Part shown: piece after piece, positions 1 through 10,154 of the stretch | Numbering within the stretch: the first letter of the stretch is position 1 | Layout of the letters: each line of letters opens with the position of its first letter | Assembly (NCBI RefSeq): GCF_009914755.1 | Contig: NC_060931.1 | Origin: the human T2T-CHM13v2.0 reference genome, Homo sapiens | Reading direction: 5' to 3' (one strand) | DNA: 64,000 nt | Notes under the pieces: generated by a model | What the model was told of the DNA's origin: nothing | What the model saw: the letters and a program-made list of their open reading frames with translations, nothing else | Database searches by the model: none | Translations under genes and position numbers: made by a program

Positions 1-1039
1 TTCCATAATTCTTATAGTCTGGAAGCTAAGGATCTAATTTCTAAGGTCATTCTTTCCCCCTCATGTACTCCTTTTTCCATTTCCTATCTTCAGATCCTCC
101 TGAAATTAATTTCCTAGAACCCTATAATACTTTGGTTTGTTTCTGGCATGCTCTAGACTTCCACTTGAACTTTCCGTTTACAAAGTCTACTGTAAAATGG
201 TCAACCTTTTGTGGCAAAAGCCACATCTGCGAAGCCAACTGTAGTTTCCCTTTAGTTAAATATTACAAGTTAATTACCCAATGTCTTATTTTCTAGTTTA
301 TAAATAAATATACATATACATTCCTATGCATTTATCGTAGTAAATTCTAACAGTGGACACAGAATAAACAAGGGTGGAGGATGAAAGCAAATCATAAAAT
401 TAAAAGTTTAATGAAAGTATTCATCTCTCCACATAGTTCACTAGAAATATTAGGTAATCATTGAATAAACTACTCTACATTTTTCTGAATACTTTCTTAT
501 TTGGAAAACTGTAACATTTGCATAACCTTTCATGCTGAAATTGTTTGTAAAATTAAAATTCAGATAATAAACTACAGCTCAAATGTGGTACAAACATGAA
601 AATGATGCAATTAAAAAATGCATTCCAATGATCCATTCTCATTCTAAATCGAGATTGTTTCCCTGAAAGGTATGCTATACTCCTATTAAACATATCCCTA
701 TCCATTAAATATCTTCCTTTGCCCATTGGTTGTGTTGTAATGAAAACTTCCACATTTTTCCGTTATTAATCAGTGTATGTTAATGATCTTATGCTTCAGC
801 TGGGTCTCACTTCACTTCACCTTGCTTCATTAACAACAAGGGTATTAATTAACCCACAATCTACTGGCAGTGTAAAAGCATCAGTTCCCTTGTTATCATA
901 CATACTATTGCATGTTCAAAGGTGGTGAGAATAGATTAACCCAGAAGATGAGCACCTCAAATGAAATCCACAGTCAAAATTTAATTTTTAATCACTTCTC
1001 ATGTGAGTAGTCTGATACAGTGTCAGCTGGAACTAGGAC

Positions 1040-1071
1040 CTCTCTCTCTTTCTCTCTCCTCTCTCTCTCTC
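1040..1071 (+). repeat. (CT)n microsatellite
   Basis: ctctctctctttctctctcctctctctctctc. Confidence 0.85.
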
Positions 1072-1979
1072 AACCTTTTTGAAGCAGTTAGCTCATCCAG
1101 TGGCCATTCTGCTCACAGCTGGAATCCAAGAAGCAGGTCTTTGTGCTGGAGATTAGAACGCTCTTAAGTGGGTACTGAAGCACCTGATTTGGGGCTTATA
1201 GCTTGAGTTGAATGTAGATTTTTACTTCAATTATGCCTTTCATCCATGATTCCAGTCTCTAGCAAAAATAATCTTCGGGATACAACTCGGAATATATTTG
1301 GGCTCATTTCCCGATTCAAATGGTGGCTCAATCACTAAGCAACTGAATTAACTTCTACCTTGGCTTCTATGTCCATTAAATGGGGATAATTATCTTGCAA
1401 AAGGATCCATCTAATGGGACAAGGTTTGAATAAATAAACTGGTGTCTGGAGTAATCTTTGAACCTGGTTCTCATAGCTAGAAGGGTCCTCAAATGTCATC
1501 TGGCCTAAAGCCTCTGCTTTTATAAGTGAAACAACTGAGAAAATTTCTACACAATTCTAATTATCTCATCACTTTGTCAACACTAATTTATAAAGCTTTC
1601 CAATGCTTCAATTATGGTCAACAAATACCGTACATTATATTCTCCATGCTAGTAATTAGGAGAGAAGCTCAAGGAACTACCAAAATCCAAACCAAACCAA
1701 AACAAAACAAAAACCACAGCACACACATTATAAAGTAGAACAGAAATCATATTCTAACTTGAGCACTTTTTCTCTCTTGACACCATTTTGGGGATTTGTA
1801 CTGTCACTGTGGACAGCTGTTTCAAGTCTTTGCTTTATCTGGAAAAACAAGCCCTTACCAAACAGTGGTACTCTTCATCTGCATCTGAGGCACACCCAGG
1901 GCAGCTGGAGTTTGTGCTAATGAATTCAGTCTCTCACTGATTTTTTTTTATTAGCATGTATGCAAACAAATTAATCTAA

Positions 1980-2213
1980 TTTTTTTTTTTTTGAGATAGA
2001 GTCTTACTCTGTTGCCCAAGCTGGACTGCAGTGGTGCGATCTCAGCTCACTGAAACCTCCCCCTCTAGCATTCAAGCAATTCTCATGCCTCAGTGCCACC
2101 ACTTCTGGCTAATTTTTGTATTTTTAGTAGAGGCGGGGTTTTACCATGTTGGCCAGGCTGGTCTCGAACTCCTGACCTCAAGTCATCTGCCCACCTTGGC
2201 CTCCCAAAGTGCT
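1980..2213 (-). mobile_element. AluS, 5'-truncated, with an internal deletion in the right arm
   Basis: Poly-T followed by Alu antisense sequence; TSD TTAATCTAA at 1971-1979 and 2213-2221. Confidence 0.9.
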
Positions 2214-2589
2214 TAATCTAAGATTTTGAAGTGACAGTTTCTTAAAGCTGAAAAAGACTAAGTAGCAGCCCAGTCCAGTTACTTGCCTTGGATAAAGCGA
2301 TTTTCACAGTTTAAGATGGTAAAAGGCTGATATCCTTATCAAACATTTCCACAAATGCAGATTCTATGGGTTCTAACAATAGTGATTTACCAACTGGGGA
2401 TACCTATGCATACTTCAAATTTCTTTTATGTTATTTTTAAAATTTCAATTAAGTGTATTTCTTTTGATTCTGAACTTCGTTGCATTTGACCAGAAGTTTC
2501 ACATTAATTCTTAAAATACTTTAAATACCTTAAAAGATCCTCCAGCTTTTTTATTTTTAAAGACATGGATATAGTTATCCCAAATTAGT

Positions 2590-2790
2590 GCCTATAATGA
2601 TATTGGTTATTTAGCAACCCATCATCTAATATACAATATTTTCCTACTTATTTTATTGTCTGATTCCCTCCAATAGAATATAAGCCTTCAGGAGGGTAAG
2701 GAGTTTTGTGTCTATTTTGTATCCCTGGCATTTAGAACAGTGCCTATGCATTTGGAGGTCAAAGATATTTAAAGGAATTAAATAAATAAA
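2590..2790 (+). mobile_element. L2 3' end fragment
   Basis: agaatataagccttcaggagggtaagg...tagaacagtgcct...aataaataaa resembles the L2 3' terminus. Boundaries approximate. Confidence 0.6.
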
Positions 2791-3980
2791 GGAACTAAAT
2801 TTTTCTAAGGTATTCAGAAACTCAATAACTAAAATTCACAGTTACATTTTTTATAGAAGCAGTGTATAAAGCTAAAAGTTAAGGAATTGCCAGGAAATGG
2901 CTAGTAGAAGAGATATGATGTAGTATATTTCACCACTGAGGGAAAATTGCTGCTTTTCTCCTGCAACACTATTTCTGAATATCCCAAAATGGCTTGGTAA
3001 TAAAATTCTGCAAATGGAATTTAGTAGTAGAGTGATAAATCAAAGCTATTCTTTAGAAATGTTATGGCATAATTTCTCAAAGGAACTTAAAAAGTTTCCC
3101 ATTGGACAAGGTTATATAAAAACACACTTAAATCATCACCAGGTATGGCCACTGAGCCTTGGATTCTAAGCTTAATACCCCGTTAACATTCTAACAGCTC
3201 TACGAGGCTGAAGAAATGTAGCAGTAACATGAAGTTAGACCAAATTTCCTAAGCCCTCGTGCAAGGGCTATGTGATGGTGTTTTCAGCATAAATTGACTT
3301 TGGAGGTCATCTACACCAATTCTCAGGTCTCCCTCCCACCTAAAATTCTATGGTTCTGTAACATATTTTGCAAGGAAAGAAAATATAGATCCCTTTGAAT
3401 CAAAGGGTTTTAGTGATGAAAGATACTTTAGAGATCATTTCATTTATTACTTGCTCAAAGTCTCAGGCTGTTTTTTTAATGGAGCCCAGATTCGGTACTC
3501 AAGACTTTAGAATCTCATTTTAGTAACCTTTCTACTCTGCTATATGCATTTTCTCCTTTCGTAAAACATTATTTCTCTCAGAAGCATTCTTGGCTGTGAA
3601 ACCTAAGGACCATCCAGGAATTTGTGTCATGTGACAGAACCCACACAAAAATCCAAATGGCTTTTCACTATAGTCCCACCTTCTCATTCCAAGAGATGAG
3701 AAACCAAACATTTTGTGTGTCCAGTACCTCTGTTCCCTCTGATGGTGTCCTTTTATCCAAAACCACTTTAATGGAAGGACTGGCAGTGTAGGTTTGTCAG
3801 TTATGAACTTCTCAAGCTGCAGAACTCCAGGACAGGGGCCAGCGGACATGAGGCTGGACATACAGTCCTGTCAGAGGGGTTGTAAAGGGGGAACGTTGTT
3901 CCTAACTCTCTGTATATCTATAACCAATAGAAACCTAGAATTGGTCTTTCAAAATATGGAAGTAAGACAATGTTCTATTT

Positions 3981-4145
3981 CAGTGTCTTTCAACTTGGCT
4001 GCGGATTGCATCACCTGGGGAACTTTTAAAGACCTTAAGGCCTAGGCCCCAACTCAGCCCAACTGAATTAGGATCTCTGGACATTGCTGTTTTGTTAAAA
4101 GCATCACAGGTGCTGCTAATGTGCAGCTACAGATAAGCTACACTG
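3981..4145. mobile_element. MER5A (hAT-Charlie) DNA transposon fossil
   Basis: cagtg...cactg termini with internal atcacctgggga and ctaatgtgcagc motifs. Confidence 0.7.
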
Positions 4146-4604
4146 GTCTGTTTATTACATGACCTTACAGAAATAAAAAGATATAAATACAAGATAATGT
4201 CATGTGCATATCAATTGTACAAAATCATGAAAAGACTTACCGCCATCTAAATATTTACCTACCCTCAAACATTTTTAGTACAGCAAAAGCCATGCTGCTA
4301 CGGGGTTATTATGGTCTGGCAACCTGGGAGAAAAAGCCTGGAAGAAAGGCACCCAGGATCATTCCAGGAATGCTAAAAGGCAAGGTAAGCAAGGAAGAAG
4401 TTCACTTACGTTGTCTTCTATCTTTCCAAGGGGAAGAAGAAAGATATTCTTAATTTTCCTCCATGAAAATTACATAATTAAATATCAAGGGATTATCATG
4501 AGCTTGGTGTTGGCAGGAGACAAGATTAAAAAGTTAATAGAAAATGAGGTGCCTGCCCTCACTTTACTTAATGTTTTATCAGTGCAATGCTTAAAAAACA
4601 TCAC

Positions 4605-4905
<301 letters not shown>

Positions 4906-6120
4906 TCACTAGGTTGACCATCAAGAGCTTCTGGACTCTATCAGTTGAGTGAGACACTCCTATAATATAAAACAGGCACTTTCACAGAGGTTGTTTCCTC
5001 TTTAGAACAGTAACGAACTCACTTTTTCAATCACATGCTCAACCTACTATGTGTTGCTAAACGCCAGCTCCCCAACACTGAGGTATCTCTGAAAGAATCA
5101 AGGCAAGCTGTGTAGACACGTCCACACAGAGGCATGCTAACAGAATATACTGAATGATAACCTCATGAAATTAAAAAAAAAAAAAAAAAAAGCAGCCATA
5201 CCTAAAAGAAATCAGGTCAGGCCTAATGAGAATCAGCTGGTAGGCTTTACCTATTCCTACTATTCTATTCTCTGTTGGCTTTTTTTTTTCTTGGAAACTT
5301 GTAATCATAAGTACATTTTCTTCAAAAAGATGAATAAGGAAATGGGAAATAACATATTTCCTATGTTTTCCCTAAGGTAGACCTGTCGTAACACAGATTC
5401 AGAAAGAAAAATCAGTAAGAAGGGGTTTCTCCATGTAATCCACAGTTTTCCCCCTGCTTTGAAACAGAAATCATCGTTCACTACAGAAGTATCTGTAAGC
5501 AAAACACACTTTATCCTCTCTAGGGAGGAGAAAGGGTTAACTAGCTACAGTCACCAGCAGGACCACCACAGAGCAGGACTGGCTGGGCCCAAACCTGCTC
5601 CCCCATCCCTTCAACTCCTCTAACTCACAGCTCCTTGTTTTTTTTCTTTCTTACCTTCCTCGTAATTCTCTCATGTAAACCTCATGCCCAGTGATGTTTG
5701 CCCAATTTCTGGGAAAAGATAAAGCTCCAGAAACAATTTGATTTTCCTCTAACATTTCAAAATATTTCAAGTCAAAACCTGAACCTTGGAAAAAAAAAAG
5801 GAAATCTTTGAAAACAGCTTCAATCACTGTCCAGGTTCACAAATATCTAGTTACCAGACTCATAGTTTTCCTACTTTAAACAATGAAGAACTATCAGACA
5901 AAAGAAGAAATGTTGAAAAATTTAGATGACAATGAATTTCATTGCTGCTTGCTCTCAGGGAGTGTTATTGCTAACTTAGTAAACAAAAAGGGAGCTTGTC
6001 ACAGATGAATGAACATTTCAAAACTGGCTGCAAATAAAGACCCAAATGCCTGGTTGGTTTGCTTGTTCCTTATCAGCACTTCCCATTGATCTTCTCTTTA
6101 AAAGTTTAGGAAATTCACTC

Positions 6121-6400
6121 GGCTAGGCAGAGTGGCTCACGCATGTAATCCCAGCACTTTAGGAGGCCGAGGCAGGTGGATCACGAGGTCAGGAGTTCGA
6201 GACCAGCCTGACCAACATGGTGAAACTCTGTCCCTACCAAAAATACAAAAATTAGCCGGGCGTGGTGGTGGGCCCCTGTAATCCCAGCTACTCTGGAGGC
6301 TGAGGCAGGAGAATCGCTTGAACCCGAGAGTCAGAGGTTGCAGTGAGCCAAGATCATACTCCAGCCTGGGTGACAGACAGACACTCCGTCTCAAAAGAAA
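6121..6400 (+). mobile_element. AluS (Sg/Sx-like)
   Basis: Dimeric Alu; TSD GAAATTCACTC on both sides. Confidence 0.92.
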
Positions 6401-9400
6401 GAAATTCACTCATTCACTCATGCATTCCTTCATTCCATAGATATCATACTGGATGACTTCTTGCGCCTTTCACTACAAAGGAGGAAAGATACGTACTTGA
6501 GGGATTATGAAAATAGTATACATAGTAGGTGTGTGCGAGTCAACTCATTTAAGAAAATCATTAGTAGGTTGCTTTTAAGCATCTCTAGAATTATTTTTCC
6601 TTTAAAAAGCTTGATTTGCTGATAGAATACTATATGAATTTAGTTGTTTCCTATTCTATTCTTGAGTCCAGTAACAACAGAAATGCCTTATCTTAATAGC
6701 CCTGGCATTCTCCTCCCGGCTATATTCAATGGAGTAAACGTTATCTATTTGTATGTTAACATCAATCAGTAATCACTTCCACTTGTCCTGTGGGAGCACA
6801 GAGGGCCTCCTCTATTGGGTCCTGCACCTACATTTTCACAAATTAGTGACTTTTGTGGGAAAGCGATGAGAAATTACTCACATCTCTTGTTCAGTCATCT
6901 TCCCCAGCCTCTGATGGGTCCAAAAATGTAAGAATCCAGAACAGGCTCATCCCAGCCTCCAGGACCATTCCTTTTCTCCCATGGACCCTCTCCTCCTCAC
7001 TGCTATTAGGCCATGTGGAGGGCCACCATATGGCTACACGCGGCCCCAGATGGCTCCATCTCCGTAAAAGGGGCGCTCAAGAACATAAAAATGCTGCTGT
7101 GTACTTTTATTGCAGCCCCTTCTCATTTTCCTCCATCTGTCCTCCATATGGTTTATGCAACTCTCTTCAGCTCCTGCACACCCGGGCCTTTGATAATGAG
7201 GGTTGCTTACCTGACCGAGATAAAGAACTAGAATTCACCTTTGTCAGCGACAAGGGGTCCTGTTACTTTGAATATCTGATTTGCTTAGTATTCGAGCTAT
7301 TAATATCTCCTTTTCTTCAATTTGCACATGACATTTATTTTATATTTATTATATTTCTTATAATCTTATTAACAGAAACCACATGGTGGATTTTCTGTTG
7401 TGTTTTCTCCAAGTGCCGTTCTTGAAGTTTGGAAGAGCTACACTGACTTCCACTTAGGCATCTCTTTTATATACACATTAATCATTTTCTCCAAAGTTGA
7501 CTTTTCCATTTTCATAAAATCTTTCTTTGGTGAAAGTTGTTACCATTTTGCCACTCAGATGTCTCTGCAAAACTCTAAAGTTTCATTTGTGTCCCTCCCC
7601 CAAACTCTAAGGAAATGAGCAGGAATTAGGTGAGGTGACCCCAACCAACCCCTTCTTCCCCACTTAGGTTGGTGCTAGGAGAGTCAAGCCATGAAGTCCT
7701 GGTCCGCTTGGCTTTGTGAGCACATGGCAGAAGTGACACATGTGATCCCAGGGGTTGGTATAACTGAGAAGAAAGCAAGAATAAGTCACTAGACAGGATG
7801 CAAACCACTATATTTCCCAATAGCAGGCAAATTCTGACATTAGCAACAATAATAAGGGTGATTTGTCATTCTCAGTGTTAAGTAGTGGGAACCTGTGAGC
7901 ACCTGAGCCATTTTCTCAAAAGTAAAGAGAACACAAACTAATGACAATTAAAAAGAAAATGAAATGAAGCTAGGCCTGGGCAGGTTATAATAATTTCCCT
8001 GCTTACTAATGTGACCCAGACACAAAGTCTTGCACTATAGAACTGTAGTGTTATTAAGAAGAAGGAAGTATTCAATCTTTCTAAACCTCTACTAAAGTGT
8101 CTTTTCCATGACAGATAATTTGTCTGTATTCTAGTTCAAAACACCTGTGTAAAGCAGTCTGGTAATCAGTAGACTGAAAATTAGACCCACCTTCCATGAT
8201 GATTACATTTGATGAAGCAGAACATGGGAATAGTGCTCAAATGCACAAAATATTAATCTACAGACATACAAAATCAACCTAGCAAATGCCAAGAGAATAT
8301 GTTTTTCTTTTAGCTGTTTATTTAGTGCATATAAATGACAACTACTGATTTTGTCTTCAAACATATGCAAAATAAGGTATCTATCTGAATTTTAAAATTA
8401 CACAATAACTTTACTGTAGGATACATGATTAGGTCATTTTGATACTGTTTTTTTGCCCACTTATGTATTTCACACATACTTGTTTCTCTTATTGTCCTTT
8501 AGAATGCAAAATAGACCCAGACATCACCTATGTTCAGACAAAACTCCAGGGACACAAGGAAATTCTTGTTCCCACCTAAGCTGTCATTTCACAATCCTTC
8601 TTGCATGGTAAAAACCTAAGGAAACTGTGGGTCTCACAGGTGCTATGGTAGGAGCAAACAGTGCATTTTAGTTAAGGGATCAAGTTGCAAAATGCAGGCT
8701 ACAGTCAGAGGCCTATTCATTGGAATAACTGCTCCAGCATGGAACAAATTACAAATTCTGGTTAAGAGAAGCAAGTACTCTCCCTTCTGAGATAAAGGAA
8801 GTTACAGGTAAGTCATTTTGTAAGTGGAACAGTAGTGTTTCCAAAAGTGTATGGGTGAAAAAGCAAAATGAGTGTTTTACTCTCAGATTAAATTTAAAAT
8901 ACAAGAAGTCTGATCGATAAGGCTTTAGTGCATTACAGTTTCTGCTCTGAAAAGCTGTGAGTATCATAGTCTGCACCTCGGGGCTTGTTCTGACCAGGCA
9001 GTTTGTAAACCACTTGGAAAAAGGCAGAAGTTGCCACTAAGCATGTAGCTGCTGAGTAGTTGCATTAATTGTTGACATTTCAGCACGGAGGCTGCTGCCC
9101 CCAGCTCAGCACTGCCTACATGCCAGGTGAACGCCTGCTAACCCTCCTCCTCCTTGTATTTCTTTCCATTGAACATGGGCTATTGAATGTTGGTCTCTTG
9201 CCAACTGCCTTTAGGTGAGATTTGGGAAAAATTGCCAAAGAAACAAGAACAGCTGCCTTCATATCATTTTCTTTGTACAGCTACTTCCCAGGGAGCTGCT
9301 TGGGATCTACATGTGTCCATTTATTGGATTTAAACAAATCAGCACAAGGCAAGGGACGAGTCGCACAAAGCATATGCTATTTCTCCCCACCCCGGTTTCA

Positions 9401-9487
9401 GCTAACAGTGGGAACCTTGCCCCTGAGGGTACTGACAAGGGCATCAGCTGCTATCAGTCTGGAAGCATGAGCTACTCAGAGCCTTAC

Positions 9488-9576
9488 CTGTTTCTTTGTC
9501 CTGGACTTCTTCCAGGTGCAAGTCATTCAAAAGGTGCTCCAAAATCTTCTCCGGGGTCCCGGACACCACCACATAT
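9488..9576 (-). CDS. RAPGEF5: RAPGEF5 exon shared by both isoforms (89 nt, phase 2 to 1): (R)YVVVSGTPEKILEHLLNDLHLEEVQDKET, start of the REM/RasGEF_N domain
   Basis: Acceptor ctctctgctctctgacag|ATATGT and donor AAACAG|gtaagg. SGTPEKILEHL is the typical Rap-GEF REM N-terminal motif. Confidence 0.95.
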
Positions 9577-9782
9577 CTGTCAGAGAGCAGAGAGTCCACT
9601 GAGTCATCCTCGGTGGAAGACTGCGAGCGGCTGCTCCATTCATCGTCCTCATCCTCCTCGTCGATGTATTTGAAATAAGGCACATCGAAGGTAGGCAAGG
9701 GCAGCTCTCGGTCTGAGAGCGCCGCGGCGGAATCTTTCCTCTCCAAATGAGGGTCAAAGACCCTCAGCCGGGAGCTGCCCAT
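9488..9782 (-). CDS. RAPGEF5: First coding exon of the RAPGEF5 short (MR-GEF/GFR) isoform: MGSSRLRVFDPHLERKDS...EEVQDKET (98 codons + 1 nt)
   Basis: ORF 9444..9782 matches the recalled N-terminus of RAPGEF5. Strong Kozak context (acaATGg), in-frame TAG TAA just upstream, and it ends at the 9488 donor. Confidence 0.93.
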
Positions 9783-10035
9783 TGTGAACGGTTACTAACA
9801 AAGGCATCCCCTAAATGCTAAAAGATCTTGCCATCCCTGTCCTTTCACTGGGAACTGAGTCCATCTGGCTGCTAAGAGCTCTGCAGTCAGCTAGAACGCT
9901 GGAGAGGCGGAGAGAAAAGAGAGGGAGGGAGGGTAGAGGAGGCAGAGAGCGAGTGAGATGGAGCAAGGGAAGGGAAGGCAGGCAGGGAAAAGGAAACGGG
10001 AGCGCGTGCCTCTGTGGCTGCAGGGAAACTCTCAC
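9783..10035 (-). promoter_or_regulatory. Putative internal promoter / 5' leader of the short isoform, containing a ~100-nt polypurine/polypyrimidine tract (9901-10000)
   Basis: Lies directly upstream of ATG 9782, has locally elevated CpG and a GA-rich tract. The TSS cannot be located from sequence alone. Confidence 0.5.
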
Positions 10036-10154
10036 CTCCAATGGCTCTCCGCACTCCCAGCTGTGGGGGCTGGGCCACAGCACTGCACTTTCTTCAGCAC
10101 CAGGACGCTCTGGTCTTGCTCTTTAACCTGAACAGTCGTCACTTCATCATCTTG
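10036..10154 (-). CDS. RAPGEF5: RAPGEF5 long-isoform coding exon (119 nt, phase 0 to 2): QDDEVTTVQVKEQDQSVLVLKKVQCCGPAPTAGSAESHW(R)
   Basis: Acceptor ccacaattaaag|CAAGAT downstream of a pyrimidine tract; donor TTGGAG|gtgaga. In phase with both neighbouring exons. Similar to recalled Epac2 TVRLKEHDQDVLVLEKV. Confidence 0.92.

Noticed and set aside
7021-7056. CTCF-like motifs (ggccaccatatggc, ggccccagatggc), and similar ones near 10977 and 44985
   Set aside because: Each misses a core position of CCASYAGRKGGC. Not supportable without ChIP data.
7205-7213. Strong minus-strand donor CAG|GTAAGC
   Set aside because: I could not find a convincing upstream acceptor with a pyrimidine tract to define an exon.
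6853-7425. Longest ORF in the track (190 aa, plus strand)
   Set aside because: It has a non-ATG start, no recognisable domain and an AT-rich low-complexity tail, and it is antisense within an intron. Consistent with a chance ORF.
9215-9678. Plus-strand ORFs of 152 aa and 60 aa (poly-Ser)
   Set aside because: These are antisense shadows of the GC-rich, acidic RAPGEF5 coding exon.
9577-10035. The 459-nt intron is a multiple of 3, suggesting in-frame retention fusing both N-termini
   Set aside because: Retention reads TGG AG|G TGA, an immediate stop, and TAG TAA also lie in frame just before ATG 9782.
9815-10126. Arg/Gly/Glu-rich ORF and the Pro/Leu/Ser-rich ORFs on the opposite strand
   Set aside because: They are translations of the polypurine/polypyrimidine tract and are compositional artefacts.
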